From a virus: a stretch of DNA of 64,000 bases. The position numbers and the translations under genes are program-made. Below are positions 42,092 through 53,800 of the stretch, piece after piece. Position 1 is the stretch's first letter. Every line of letters begins with the position of its first letter. The DNA lies in the IMG/VR virus record IMGVR_UViG_3300027708_001637, one strand, 5' to 3'. Under the pieces are notes generated by a model that ran no database searches, had not been told where the DNA came from, and saw only the letters and a list, made by a program, of their open reading frames with translations.

Positions 42092-44935
42092 ATGGCTGGT
42101 CCTAATTTATCCGTAAGTACCGATTCATCTGGTAAGATACATTATTATAATACTCCACCAGGTACTTCAACACCTCTCGAAATATCCAAAATGTCTTATG
42201 ACGCAGCACAACAAGCAGTTGCCAACACCAATTTGAATAAAAGGGATAGTGTCCAGCAGCGCCAACTTCTTGCAAAAACTTTGCCACAGGGTCCTGAAGA
42301 ACAAAAAAGAATTGAAGATGAAAAGGCTGCACAGGCACTTGCAATTGGTAATAGAGACAAGTTTTTACAAGAAAATTCGGCACCATCGGGAGCTGGCCCA
42401 GCTAAACTTGGCACAAATGTATTGAACAAATATAGATCATTTAATTATAATTTTACAATTGCATCTCTAACTTTTGATCAATTTAATAATTTTGCAAATT
42501 ACAAAATTGAAAACACTGACGATTTAAAATATGTAGTGTTGTCTTCCAAAGGAAAAAATAGGCCCGAAGCAAACAATGTAGTTCAAGACTCTGAAAATAA
42601 GGTGCTTAATGCGCCAACAAGTGCAGATATAACTGCTTTTGATGCAGTCTTACAATCACAAAGAGCTGCCCAAGCAGCCGCTATTGCAGATAACAACCCC
42701 AAGTTGGCCAAAGCCATTGGTGAATCTATTAATCAAATTGTAATAGATCAATCAAAAGCAGTATACGCAGCCCAACAGGCCGTAGAAAAAGAAACTGGGA
42801 CGTCTTATGTACCTGTTACCACTAGTGAAGTCATACAGGAATATAATAAAAATAGTTCTGGCAGATTTGATATGTTCATTGACGATGTTGAAATCAAAGC
42901 AGTAATTGCTAGTAATCAACAAACTACCACTGCCATTGGTTACGAAATTAATTTTACTGTTATTGAGCCCTATAGTTCATTTGGTTTTTTTGAGGCGTTA
43001 CAGGCATCGGCCCTAGCGGCGGGTTATTACAGTTATTTAGATTGCAACTTTGTGTTAGCAGTAGATTTTATAGGATATAAAGATGATGATACGGGAGGTA
43101 AACCTGTACCAATTATAGATCCTTCAGTCAATCAACCAGCAATTCGGTTTTTTCCTATTACTATTTTTGACGTACAAACAACAATTACTCACGAGGGAAC
43201 CAAATATATTTGCAAATCAGTTCCCAGCGCATATGGTGCAATTACTGAGGAGGAAACTGCTAAAACATCTATGAGCCCAGAGGGCAGTAACGTTAAGGCA
43301 CAATTAACAGATTTAATGCAAAAAATGACCCTAGCGGCCAAAAACGCTGCTATACAAATTGGTAATCCAAATTGGGATACTTATAAAGTAGAATTTCCAA
43401 CTATTGCAGAAAATGGTACAGTTTCTGAAAATGTTGACAATGAAATTGCAGCCTATGAATTTGACCCCACATTTAGTACTGATAGCATGAAACCACAGGA
43501 AATTGAACAACTGGCTGCAACAGACCCTCGTCGCCTGTTTGTTTCACCATCTGATCCATCAATTCCCACTAAAGAAAAAATTGAAGCTATAATTTTTAAA
43601 AGCAAATATATAACCGATTTAATTAAAGCATCATACGATGGAGGAAACATTGACAGTTTTGTCAATGCCGCCCGCCAAGCCAAACTGTTTAGAGTAGTAT
43701 TGAAAAAAACAGTGGATAAGGATAAAATAAATTGGTTAACTGGACGTCATTCAGTCATTTGGACTTATCAAGTTATTCCTACTCGAACTGCTTACCATAG
43801 AGTACCAGGCCAATATAATAATATTACAAGTATAGATGATATTAAACCACTTGTATTAAGAAAATACGATTATATCTATACAGGTTTGAATACTGATGTA
43901 TTAGATTTTAAAATTAATCTTAATTTTGCATATTATTCTGTAATAAATCCAACACTTGGCGCTGATCAACAACCTGGTTCTCAGCAGGGCGATGCTGCAA
44001 CTGGCAACACTAATCCAAAATTACCTTTTAGCAAAGCTCCAACTAAAGCTGGCCTTCGTGCAATTCCATTTGCACCCTGGAGAAGCCCGCCATATGTATT
44101 GGAGGAAAATCCAAAAGCAGCGCCCACACCAGGTGATGCTATACTAGCAAACGTGAATATATTTCATCAAAATTTAATGGATTCGCCTACATCATTAGTT
44201 GAGGGAGAAATAACTATTTTAGGAGATCCTTATTTTCTTATTAGTGGGGGATCTAATAATTACATATTGCCCAATAGTATACAAGGACAATATGCAGGCA
44301 ACGGCGAAGCCGCAGCACTAGCTGGCGATGTGTATGTTCAATTGAATTTTTACAATCCTGGGGATATTGGGGCTAAGGGAGTAATTGATAAACAACTGAC
44401 TGGTTTTAGTGGTATATTTCAAATCATTGAAGTAAACAACGTATTTAAAAACGGAGCATTTACTCAAGTACTACAATATGTTCGTGTACCTACTCCAATT
44501 GACGACTACATCAAATCTGGATCTAAAGTTGGCCTAAGTAGTACTGTTGCTCCGTTAAATGTACGTGGAGATGATTCATCTCCGCCTGCTGCACATCCAG
44601 CAACCTCATCAGATGGTGTTGTAATCACGCCTACTTCCTCTGAGAATAAACCACCTCAGGCACCACAAGATAAAACAGCATTATATCAAGGATTTACAGC
44701 AGGCGGCAATCCAATATCTAAAGCAACTATTGATTATGCTAATTTGGCAGCTGGCCTTAAAAATCCATTTGCTCAAGTGCAAGCAGCCGTAACAGATTTA
44801 CAAACAACAGTCAATTCTGCAGGAAATCAAATAACTGGTGCAATACGTTCTGCAGAAAATCAAGTAACGGGCGCAATTTCCGCCAAGGTGGCTACAGTTA
44901 CTGGCCCGTTATCTAATATTATACAAAAAGGTTAA
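42092..44935 (+). CDS. Baseplate hub protein (gp27-like position, 947 aa)
   Basis: N.L..YRS.NY.FT, F.VIEPYS..F.E.LQ, YDYIYTG.N.DVLDF, ITILGDPYF, FSG.FQIIEV...F..G.FTQ.L. Lies between gp53 and gp5. Confidence 0.7.
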   Translation: MAGPNLSVSTDSSGKIHYYNTPPGTSTPLEISKMSYDAAQQAVANTNLNKRDSVQQRQLLAKTLPQGPEEQKRIEDEKAAQALAIGNRDKFLQENSAPSGAGPAKLGTNVLNKYRSFNYNFTIASLTFDQFNNFANYKIENTDDLKYVVLSSKGKNRPEANNVVQDSENKVLNAPTSADITAFDAVLQSQRAAQAAAIADNNPKLAKAIGESINQIVIDQSKAVYAAQQAVEKETGTSYVPVTTSEVIQEYNKNSSGRFDMFIDDVEIKAVIASNQQTTTAIGYEINFTVIEPYSSFGFFEALQASALAAGYYSYLDCNFVLAVDFIGYKDDDTGGKPVPIIDPSVNQPAIRFFPITIFDVQTTITHEGTKYICKSVPSAYGAITEEETAKTSMSPEGSNVKAQLTDLMQKMTLAAKNAAIQIGNPNWDTYKVEFPTIAENGTVSENVDNEIAAYEFDPTFSTDSMKPQEIEQLAATDPRRLFVSPSDPSIPTKEKIEAIIFKSKYITDLIKASYDGGNIDSFVNAARQAKLFRVVLKKTVDKDKINWLTGRHSVIWTYQVIPTRTAYHRVPGQYNNITSIDDIKPLVLRKYDYIYTGLNTDVLDFKINLNFAYYSVINPTLGADQQPGSQQGDAATGNTNPKLPFSKAPTKAGLRAIPFAPWRSPPYVLEENPKAAPTPGDAILANVNIFHQNLMDSPTSLVEGEITILGDPYFLISGGSNNYILPNSIQGQYAGNGEAAALAGDVYVQLNFYNPGDIGAKGVIDKQLTGFSGIFQIIEVNNVFKNGAFTQVLQYVRVPTPIDDYIKSGSKVGLSSTVAPLNVRGDDSSPPAAHPATSSDGVVITPTSSENKPPQAPQDKTALYQGFTAGGNPISKATIDYANLAAGLKNPFAQVQAAVTDLQTTVNSAGNQITGAIRSAENQVTGAISAKVATVTGPLSNIIQKG

Positions 44936-44947
44936 AGGTAATCAAAT

Positions 44948-47107
44948 ATGGCAATTGGAAAAATTCCTTCTAGTTTAATAGCAGGCAGTCCAACTAGTAA
45001 ACAAAGTACTGGACCATATCTTGCAGAAGTGGTCAATGTAATTGACAACACACATATGGGAAGCCTCGAAGTAGTATTGCTCCGAGGCACAACACCTGAT
45101 ATCAATGATCCTGGTGCAAGAATTGTAGCACACTACTTGAGTCCTTTTTACGGTTCAACATCTGTAAGATATGAAGGCAATAATGCCAAAGATTATAATG
45201 ATGTTCAGAAGAGTTATGGTATGTGGTTTGTGCCGCCAGATGTTGGCACAACCGTTATGGTTATATTTGTTGCAAACAACTACAATCAATGTTATTGGAT
45301 AGGTTGCGTGCCTGATCGAAATCAAAATCATATGGTACCAGGCATTGCTGCATCTGAACTTACCAATATGACATCAGAGCAGGTCAACAAATACGGCACA
45401 AAAATTTTACCAGTTGCGGAATATAACAAGAAAACGGAAAAACTTAAAAATACAGATGTTGATAAAATTCTTAGACCAATTCATCCATTTGCAGATAGAT
45501 TATTGGCACAGGGCCTGTTACTAGATAACATTCGTGGTGTTACATCAAGTAGCGCTCGTCGACCTATACCAAAAGATGTTTTTTATGCAAATTCAGCATT
45601 CGGTATTAGCACACCTGGCCCAGTTGATCTAAATGGCAGAAAAGGAATTGTTGGATCTGGCAAGGGTAGGGAGATACCAATTAGTAGATTGGGTGGTAGC
45701 ACATTTGTCATGGATGACGGTGATGAAAACGGTAATAACGAATTAGTTAGAATAAGAACTAGAACTGGCCATCAAATTTTATTACATAATAGTCAAGATT
45801 TAATCTATATCGCCAACGCGGCCGGCACTGCCTGGTTAGAAATGACTAGCAGTGGGAAAATTGACATATATGCGGCTGATAGTGTTAGTATACATAGTGA
45901 AGCAGATTTTAATTTTCGCGCCGAACGAGATATTAATTTAGAAGCCGGTAGGAACATTAATATTGCTGCTGGCGGTGACTGGCAAGTTGACGTCACTAAT
46001 AATTTTATTGTAAATGCCGGTCGAGACGGCACACTAACATTTAGTGGTGACACTGATATACATTCAGAAGGCACTTTAATAATGGATTCGGCTAGTCCTG
46101 TTCATTTGTCAGGTACTAGTTTATATATAACATCTCAACAAGATTTAAATTTGGTAGCAGGAACTACAATGTATCAAACTGCGTCAACTGACATCAATGT
46201 GCTTGCTACTGAAAACATTATTCAAAATGCAGTAATTATAAGTGTTAATTCTGCTCCAGGCACTGAGGGTACCAAAGCCTCTTCTGCTGCTATTGCTTCT
46301 GCAATACCTACACAAGAATTGCCAGGAACATCTGTGGACTATCCTTGGACTAACAGTAATTTTTACAAGGGTAAAAATATTGATTCTATAATGAATCGTG
46401 TACCAATGCACGAGCCTTGGAGCCAGCATGAAAATATTAACCCTGTTCAGTTTAGTGCTGCTGCAACTGATGTGACCAATCGTAGTGGATTTGGTACAAC
46501 TTCTAGACCGGGCGTCGCATCATCTATAGATTACTCAAAAGCGCCCAATGTTCAAGGTAATCCACCAACGTCAACTGGAGATACCAAAATTGATAATTTG
46601 TCAGCATTTTTGTGGATGATTCGTAGTTGTGAAGGCACTAGTGGCCCACTAGGATATAGGACAATGTGGACTGGGGCAACTTTTGATCCTGAAAGTCCGA
46701 CATATGTATCAACAAACAAATATGATAAATCTTTTGATGGACAACCTAACAAGGCATATCAATGGAAAGATCATCCAAACCTTCCTATAGTTGCACCAAT
46801 TAGTGGTAAGCCAGTCATATCAACTGCCGCAGGTGCGTATGCGTTCTTATATTCAACTTGGAAAGAATGCCAAGCAGCATTAAATCTCCCAGACTTCACC
46901 CCATTGAGTCAAGACAAAGCCTGTTTATATTTGCTGAAGCGTCGCCGTGCAATTGATGATATTGAAACTGGAAATTTTACGAGTGCTGTCAATAAATGTA
47001 ATAGAATATGGGCAAGTTTACCAGGTAGTCCGTATAATCAGCATCCAAAAGATATTGGAACAGCATTAGCGTTATATAAACAGGCCGGCGGAATCGCGCT
47101 TGCATAA
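44948..47107 (+). CDS. gp5: Central spike gp5/VgrG-like protein with a C-terminal lambda-R-type lysozyme domain (719 aa)
   Basis: OB-fold (GPYLAEV...D....G.L.V, SYGMWFVPPDVG..V.V.F, YWIGC), RIRTRTGHQILL, beta-helix repeats, HEPW..HE, then AFL.MIR.CEGT...TAAGAY.FL..TW...WASLPG. Confidence 0.88.
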   Translation: MAIGKIPSSLIAGSPTSKQSTGPYLAEVVNVIDNTHMGSLEVVLLRGTTPDINDPGARIVAHYLSPFYGSTSVRYEGNNAKDYNDVQKSYGMWFVPPDVGTTVMVIFVANNYNQCYWIGCVPDRNQNHMVPGIAASELTNMTSEQVNKYGTKILPVAEYNKKTEKLKNTDVDKILRPIHPFADRLLAQGLLLDNIRGVTSSSARRPIPKDVFYANSAFGISTPGPVDLNGRKGIVGSGKGREIPISRLGGSTFVMDDGDENGNNELVRIRTRTGHQILLHNSQDLIYIANAAGTAWLEMTSSGKIDIYAADSVSIHSEADFNFRAERDINLEAGRNINIAAGGDWQVDVTNNFIVNAGRDGTLTFSGDTDIHSEGTLIMDSASPVHLSGTSLYITSQQDLNLVAGTTMYQTASTDINVLATENIIQNAVIISVNSAPGTEGTKASSAAIASAIPTQELPGTSVDYPWTNSNFYKGKNIDSIMNRVPMHEPWSQHENINPVQFSAAATDVTNRSGFGTTSRPGVASSIDYSKAPNVQGNPPTSTGDTKIDNLSAFLWMIRSCEGTSGPLGYRTMWTGATFDPESPTYVSTNKYDKSFDGQPNKAYQWKDHPNLPIVAPISGKPVISTAAGAYAFLYSTWKECQAALNLPDFTPLSQDKACLYLLKRRRAIDDIETGNFTSAVNKCNRIWASLPGSPYNQHPKDIGTALALYKQAGGIALA

Positions 47108-47110
47108 CCT

Positions 47111-47118
47111 AATAAATA
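47111..47118 (+). promoter_or_regulatory. Late promoter AATAAATA for gp25
   Basis: Box ends 4 nt before the ATG. Confidence 0.65.
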
Positions 47119-47122
47119 CATT

Positions 47123-47560
47123 ATGGCATACAAATCAATCGAAATTACCAACGCCCGTGCAGTATACAAACAACCTCCTAAAACTGGTCATTTTTATGTA
47201 GGTTTTAGCAGTGTGGATATCGCCAACACCAATTCCAAATTATATGATTTAGATTTGATCAAACAAGATCTAATCAATCAATTTAATACTCGCAAGGGCG
47301 AACGATTAATGAATCCTGCATTTGGTTCAATAATTTGGGATATTATAATGGAGCCGTTAACTGACGAGATTCATGATATTATTGAACAAGACCTAACGAC
47401 AATTTGTAATAGTGATCCTAGAATAGTCCCAACCCTAATCAAAGTTACTGATTTCACTGCTGGATTTTTAATTGAATTAACCATACAACTAGTTGGAAGC
47501 GATCAATCCACAAATATGTCATTGACTTTTGATCAGCAAGTTGGCCTTTCAGTACAATAA
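47123..47560 (+). CDS. gp25: Baseplate wedge subunit, gp25-like (145 aa)
   Basis: LIKQDL.N.FNTRKGERLMNP.FG..IWD...EP, DPR. Confidence 0.92.
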   Translation: MAYKSIEITNARAVYKQPPKTGHFYVGFSSVDIANTNSKLYDLDLIKQDLINQFNTRKGERLMNPAFGSIIWDIIMEPLTDEIHDIIEQDLTTICNSDPRIVPTLIKVTDFTAGFLIELTIQLVGSDQSTNMSLTFDQQVGLSVQ

Positions 47561-47580
47561 TGTACACGGTTTATAGCCGT

Positions 47581-47588
47581 AATAAATA
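47581..47588 (+). promoter_or_regulatory. Late promoter AATAAATA for gp6 and the giant gene
   Basis: Box 18 nt upstream of the ATG at 47607. Confidence 0.65.
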
Positions 47589-47606
47589 CGGTATAGATAA
47601 AATAAT

Positions 47607-50600
47607 ATGACTATTCCAGCAACAAATTCAAAACTACTTATAACTCAAGACTGGGTAAAAATTTATCAGTCTTTCCCTTACGCAGAACTTCAGAGTTATG
47701 ACTTTAATACAATTCGTCGTGTATTAATTTCTTATCTAAAAGAAAACTATCCCGAAGATTTCAATGACTTTATTGAAAGTAGTGAGTATATTGCACTAGT
47801 TGAATTGATTGCATACATTGGACAGAATTTAAGTTTCCGTATTGATTTAAATGCCCGTGAAAATTTTATATCAACTGCACAACGTCGTGATAGCATACTA
47901 AATCTAGCAAACTTAATTAGTTACAAACCCAAGAGAAATATACCAGCTAGTGGTTTATTAAAGGTATCCTCTATTTCAACTACTGCTAATGTATTTGATT
48001 CCACAGGTGTTAACTTATCTAATACCACTATTTCTTGGAATGATGCTACAAATCCCAATTGGTATCAACAATTTTTATCAATTATCAATTCTGCAATGCC
48101 AGGCGGTATGACCTATGGAACACCGTCAGCATCTGCGGTTATTGGCGGCATTGTTACTCAGCAGTATGTTGTTAACAGTTCTAATACAGACGTTCCAATT
48201 TACAGTTTTTCAAAGAATATTAATGGAACCAGTATGAACTTTGAAATAGTTCCTGCTACGTTCCAGGGACAAAATTATGTCTATGAAGATACGCCAATTC
48301 CTGGCACTAATTTTAAAATGCTGTATCAGGATGATAATCAAGGTGCAGGCAGTGCTAACACTGGATTTTTTGCGTTATTCAAACAGGGGTCAATGTCGGC
48401 CAGCGGATTTAACATAACCAATCCTGTACCTAACGAAGTTGTTGGCATCAATGTTGACGGTATTAATAACACTGATACTTGGTTGTGGCAGTTGTCTTCT
48501 AATTTTAGATATACTTCTCTATGGTCTCAAGCACCAAGTATTGCTGGAAATAATGTTATCTATAATAGTTTAAATCAAAATTTGCGTAATGTATATAGTG
48601 TTACTACACGGGCCAATGATCAAGTTGATTTAAACTTTGCAGATGGTAGTTTTGGTAATTTGCCCAATGGTAGGTTCCAGTTTTTCTATCGCCAAAGTAA
48701 TGGATTAACTTATACCATTAAACCCAATCAAATGGCCAGTGTAGTTGTATCTATACCATATGTTGACAAATCTGGATTGAATCAATCTTTAACATTAATA
48801 TTAAGTTTAGAATATACCGTCAGTAATAGTGCTGGCACCGAATCAATTGCCAGCATTAGACAAAATGCACCTCAGCAATATTATACGCAAAATCGTATGA
48901 TTACCGCTGAAGATTATAATATTGCTCCGCTAACTTATACCAGTAACGTGGTTAAAATTAAAAGTGTTAATAGAATCAGTAGCGGTATTAGCAAATATTT
49001 TGATTTAAGTGATGTCAGCGGAAAATATTCTAGTACAAACATTTTTTGTGACGATGGTATTTTAGCAAAGAATACAACTACACACGGATTTACATTTAGA
49101 TTTAATACAATAAATGATATTTGGGCCGCAGTTAAAACTAAATTAGAACCATATATTAGCAGTCCTGAATTAAAATCATACTATTTGGATATTTTTAGAA
49201 AATACGCCCCAGTTACATCTGATTTAAATTTTATTTGGACAACTGTTAAAACTATTTCTAGCCAAAGTCAAGGATATTTTGTTAACCTAGCTGGCGCGCC
49301 AAGTGCAGTGGGGACAGAATATTCTTCATTGCCTAATTCTTTATATTATATTGGCCCTGGGACATTAATCAAATTTACTGCTCCAAAAACAGTAAACGGA
49401 GCAACTCAGTACTTCTTACCAGACGGTACTATTACTACAGTCCCTGCATATAATACTATAAGTTATATTTGGTCCACTGTCCAACAGGTAATTGGTTCTG
49501 GTTCTAATAACGGCCTTGGGGCATTAAACGACGGCTCTGGCCCCATTGTACTCACCAATTCAGTTCCTAATGGCGCAGTACCTGTAGAAATTATTCCACC
49601 TTTTAGCAACATTTTAAATTATAATTTTGAATCTAGCATAGTTAACCTATGTGCTAATCAACAGACTTTTGGGCTGAGATTTGATTCAACACTACGTTCT
49701 TGGATTATAATTCAAAATTCAAATCTTAATAGTCAAGCAGTTGCTGGTAATATTTTTACCTACGAGGGCGACGGTACAAATAAACAATTAGACGCCAGTT
49801 GGTTAGTATTGTTTACGTGGGAACCATCAAATCAATCCTATTCTGTATCTGTGAAAAATACTCAATATATTTTTCAAAGTGCCAATGAGACTGGATTTTA
49901 TGTAGACACTTCCAATACAAATTTTGATTATGTTAACAATGTGGTAGTCAAAGATAAAATTACGGTATTATCAGTAAATTCAAACCCTAGTAGTTTGTAT
50001 CCTAATAATGGGCCTATGGGCATTGACTACACTTGGCAAATTGATTCTGCTGATGTTGAAGCAGATGGGTATGTGGATCCTTCCATTGTGTTTGTGAGCC
50101 CTTATAATCATTTGGATAGTAGTAAGTTTAGCCAAATTGCTCATCCAGATGCATTTAATAATATTGTTGGCACTGGCAGTACTGTTGTTATTAACGGTAA
50201 TACATATCCAGGCCGCAGTGGATTAAAATTCCAATATCAACACAATCCAAGTAAAGAAGTTAGAATTGATCCTGCCAAGAGCAATATTATTGATGTTTAT
50301 ATGTTAACAACAGATTATGATAATGCATTTAGAACTTGGCTACTAACTGGGGTTGGATCTAAACCAATACCACCAACTAGTTTTGCTCTTGAAAGTAATT
50401 ACGCAGCAGATTTGGAACCTATCAAAGCAGTAAGTGATCAAATTATATATCAACCTGCTCAGTATAAAATTTTATTTGGCCCCACTGCTGACAAGAATTT
50501 ACAAGCAACTTTTAAAGCAGTTGTAAGTAACAACACCATTTTAAGTAACACTGATATTACCAATCAAATATTAAACGGTATTAATAATTTCTTTATATTG

Positions 50601-50837
50601 AGTAATTGGGATTTTGGAAAAAGTTTCTATTTTAGCGAGCTGTCAACATACATAATGAATTTACTAACGCCCAATATTACTAACTTTGTAATTGTTCCAG
50701 CCAGCAGTGGATTTGGTAATTTGTACGAAGTAACTTGCCAAAGCAATGAAATTTTCATAAGTGGTGCTACGGCAGATAACATACAAGTTATTTCTGCTGC
50801 AACTGCCGCACAATTAAATATTAGTGCTGGAAAATAA
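47607..50837 (+). CDS. gp6: Baseplate wedge protein, gp6-like (1076 aa)
   Basis: DF..IR..L..YL...YPEDFNDFIESSEY.AL.ELIAY, ARENF..TA.RRDS, FADG.FG.LP, ESI.SIR.NAP..YYTQNRMIT.EDY. Confidence 0.9.
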   Translation: MTIPATNSKLLITQDWVKIYQSFPYAELQSYDFNTIRRVLISYLKENYPEDFNDFIESSEYIALVELIAYIGQNLSFRIDLNARENFISTAQRRDSILNLANLISYKPKRNIPASGLLKVSSISTTANVFDSTGVNLSNTTISWNDATNPNWYQQFLSIINSAMPGGMTYGTPSASAVIGGIVTQQYVVNSSNTDVPIYSFSKNINGTSMNFEIVPATFQGQNYVYEDTPIPGTNFKMLYQDDNQGAGSANTGFFALFKQGSMSASGFNITNPVPNEVVGINVDGINNTDTWLWQLSSNFRYTSLWSQAPSIAGNNVIYNSLNQNLRNVYSVTTRANDQVDLNFADGSFGNLPNGRFQFFYRQSNGLTYTIKPNQMASVVVSIPYVDKSGLNQSLTLILSLEYTVSNSAGTESIASIRQNAPQQYYTQNRMITAEDYNIAPLTYTSNVVKIKSVNRISSGISKYFDLSDVSGKYSSTNIFCDDGILAKNTTTHGFTFRFNTINDIWAAVKTKLEPYISSPELKSYYLDIFRKYAPVTSDLNFIWTTVKTISSQSQGYFVNLAGAPSAVGTEYSSLPNSLYYIGPGTLIKFTAPKTVNGATQYFLPDGTITTVPAYNTISYIWSTVQQVIGSGSNNGLGALNDGSGPIVLTNSVPNGAVPVEIIPPFSNILNYNFESSIVNLCANQQTFGLRFDSTLRSWIIIQNSNLNSQAVAGNIFTYEGDGTNKQLDASWLVLFTWEPSNQSYSVSVKNTQYIFQSANETGFYVDTSNTNFDYVNNVVVKDKITVLSVNSNPSSLYPNNGPMGIDYTWQIDSADVEADGYVDPSIVFVSPYNHLDSSKFSQIAHPDAFNNIVGTGSTVVINGNTYPGRSGLKFQYQHNPSKEVRIDPAKSNIIDVYMLTTDYDNAFRTWLLTGVGSKPIPPTSFALESNYAADLEPIKAVSDQIIYQPAQYKILFGPTADKNLQATFKAVVSNNTILSNTDITNQILNGINNFFILSNWDFGKSFYFSELSTYIMNLLTPNITNFVIVPASSGFGNLYEVTCQSNEIFISGATADNIQVISAATAAQLNISAGK

Positions 50838-50839
50838 TA

Positions 50840-53800
50840 ATGTCAACTGCTACAATTCAAACAGTAAATTTACTACCCTCATATCTTCAAACTAGTAAAA
50901 ACTCTAAGTTTTTAGCAAGTACGATTGATCAATTGATTCAACCTCCACAATTGGAGAAATTGAATTCTTATATTGGATACGAGCCGCCTGTAATATCTGT
51001 TGTTACTACTCAAACTGTTACGACTTCTTCGTATGAATTAGTTGCATTGCTTAAACCAGCAGATATTGCTGGAACTTATTTTTCAACAGAATTAGTTGCA
51101 CCTAGAAAAGAGGGGCAATTTTCACAAATTGCACAATTTAATGCTGACGATGCTTTCCAAGGACCATATAATTTGGGGTTTGATTGGAATATGTTTGGTA
51201 CAATATATAATCAAGTATATATTGGTACTAACGGGTATTTGACATTTGGAGGTGGCGACGTAAAGTATACACCTTTAACAGTTGGAGCACTAAAGTATCC
51301 TGCTATATATGTAGAATATACTGATTTATGGGAAGGTTACGGTCCGTCTGGTCAGCCATTATCGACTGGCGAAACTCCAGGAATTAGGTATGCTACTGGG
51401 TCTATTGGAAATTTTAAATATTTTAGAATGCGTTTTCAAGGATCGCATTATATCCAGAGAAATCAAACTCCCGTTATTCCTGCATATGATTACGAATGTA
51501 CATTGTACTCTGACGGTGTTAACCAATATGTAGAAAACATTTACGAGATGATCCCAAGTACTGTTCACGGATTGGGCACTAATGATATTGGGGCAGTGTT
51601 TGGAATTGCTAACCCACAAAACAGCATACCACCCACTACTCCTCTTATTCTTCCTTCCCAGAGTGTTCCAAATAATACTAGTCACGTGTTTTATAGCACA
51701 CAAAATGGGGGCAAATGGTATTATTCTGGACCAGGAAGTTTTGACCCGTTTGCAAAACAAGGTATTTTAATTTCCAATACTCAAACGTATATTCTTACTA
51801 CTAAAAATAATTATATTACTAGTACTTCTACCTATGTTGATATTTCAAAATTACCAACTTGGAAATTGGGCGATACTTATATAAAAGAATCCAGCGATTT
51901 AAGGCAAGCGTATCAATTGGAACCTGCATTAATTGCATACGACAAAAATTTAAATGTGACTACTGTTGTATCAATTGATGATTTAGCAAACGAAATTACA
52001 ATTAAGGGCGGCATTGCTGATAATTTTGACAGACTATTTAGAAGTGATGTTTATTCTTTTGATCCTAAAATTGATTGGGATAAATTAACCAACTATCAAA
52101 ATTACTATTGGTTGCCAACTGGTCCGGCATTAATTGATATCTCCTCTGATAACATTGATGTTGATAATGATATTATTGGGAATACATCTTATACATTTAC
52201 TGTTACTAACTCTACTGCTACATTTTCTTTGTTAAATGGTATGTTGATTAGTTTTAGTGGACATAATGTATCACCTGCATACAAATATCAAGAATTTATT
52301 GTAGAAGGTACTGGCACGTCAATTACATTGTTGCCACTAAATTCTTTAATCACTCCCGAATCAGTAGCAGCCCCTGCAGATGAAACTTTTGATACATATG
52401 GATTTAGTATATGGCCTGGCCGACTTCCGTTTGTGCCTGAGTATGTAACAATTAATAGATCTAGCAAAGATTCAAATCCTTGGTCAAGGTATAATCGCTG
52501 GTTCAGTTCTAATGTAATTGAATCTAGCGAGTTAGCAAATGGTCGACCAATTACATATCCTACTAAGCACCGTGCAAAATCCCCCATTGTTGAATTCAAC
52601 GCAGATATTCAATTGTTTAACTTTGGGTCTATATCTATTGGCTCTGTTGATATAATTGATACAACAACAGTTGATGCATTTACAACAATTGAAGGATCTA
52701 CTTCATTTGCAACTATTAATGAATCTTCTATACAAATTGATGGCATTGCATTAGAATACGGTCAACGCATCATATTTTCTGCTGACAAAAATCCAGTAGT
52801 AAGTAGTACAATTTATTCTGTAGATATTGTAAACATTAATGGAACGCCTACATTAATATTGGTGCCTTCATCTAATCAAATCGCCGCTGGTTCATCTGTG
52901 GTAGTTACCAAGGGCACAGTTAATGCAGGCACTAGTTGGTACTTTAACGGTACTGCTTGGGTATATTCTCAACAGCGCACTCATTTAAATGAGGCACCAC
53001 TGTTTGATTTATTTGATGATTTGGGGCAAAGTTATTCAAACAAAAATTATTATACCAGTAATTGGGGTGGTAATAAAATATTTGGATATAAGACAGGCAT
53101 CACCAATTCATTGTTTTACAATTATTTTGCCAATGGCTCTATTGTTGTAACAGAGCCAAATCAAACTATTAGATCTATCCCAACAAGTGCAACCTATTTT
53201 AAAGTTGGCAATGAATATTTTAATACTTGGGGATCAAGAACTGCGCCCCCTATTGAAATTACAAGTGCGGGCTATTACGATGTTCCATTAAGTTTAACTA
53301 ATAATCCATTAAACAGTGGACTATCAAATTTAACATTATCAGATTTAACTGAACACGCCGCTGCTAAGAATAGATTAATTGCTAGTTACAATCCCGTTGC
53401 ATTTGCTATGATGTTTGAAGGCAAAATTGAAAATAGTGTCATAGATGCTATTACAAAATCTGCAGATGCATACAATCAATTTAAATTCTCATTGCTAACA
53501 CAGGCTGCTAACATCAACAGTCTAACTGATCCTGTATCTGCATTAGATGAAATTTTAACTATAATCAACTCCAGTAAAACTTCAACAAGTCCTTATTATT
53601 TGTCAGATATGTTGGCATTTGGCGTTGATAAAAAAGTTATTACTTATACTGTAAACAACTTAACACGAACTAGTTATTCCATATCTTCAACGTTTGACTT
53701 ATCTGCTCCTAATACTCGTAGTGTGTTAGTTTACCTAAATGAAAAACAATTAACATTCGGCGTTGATTATATATTTGACGTAATTGACAATATGGTAGTT

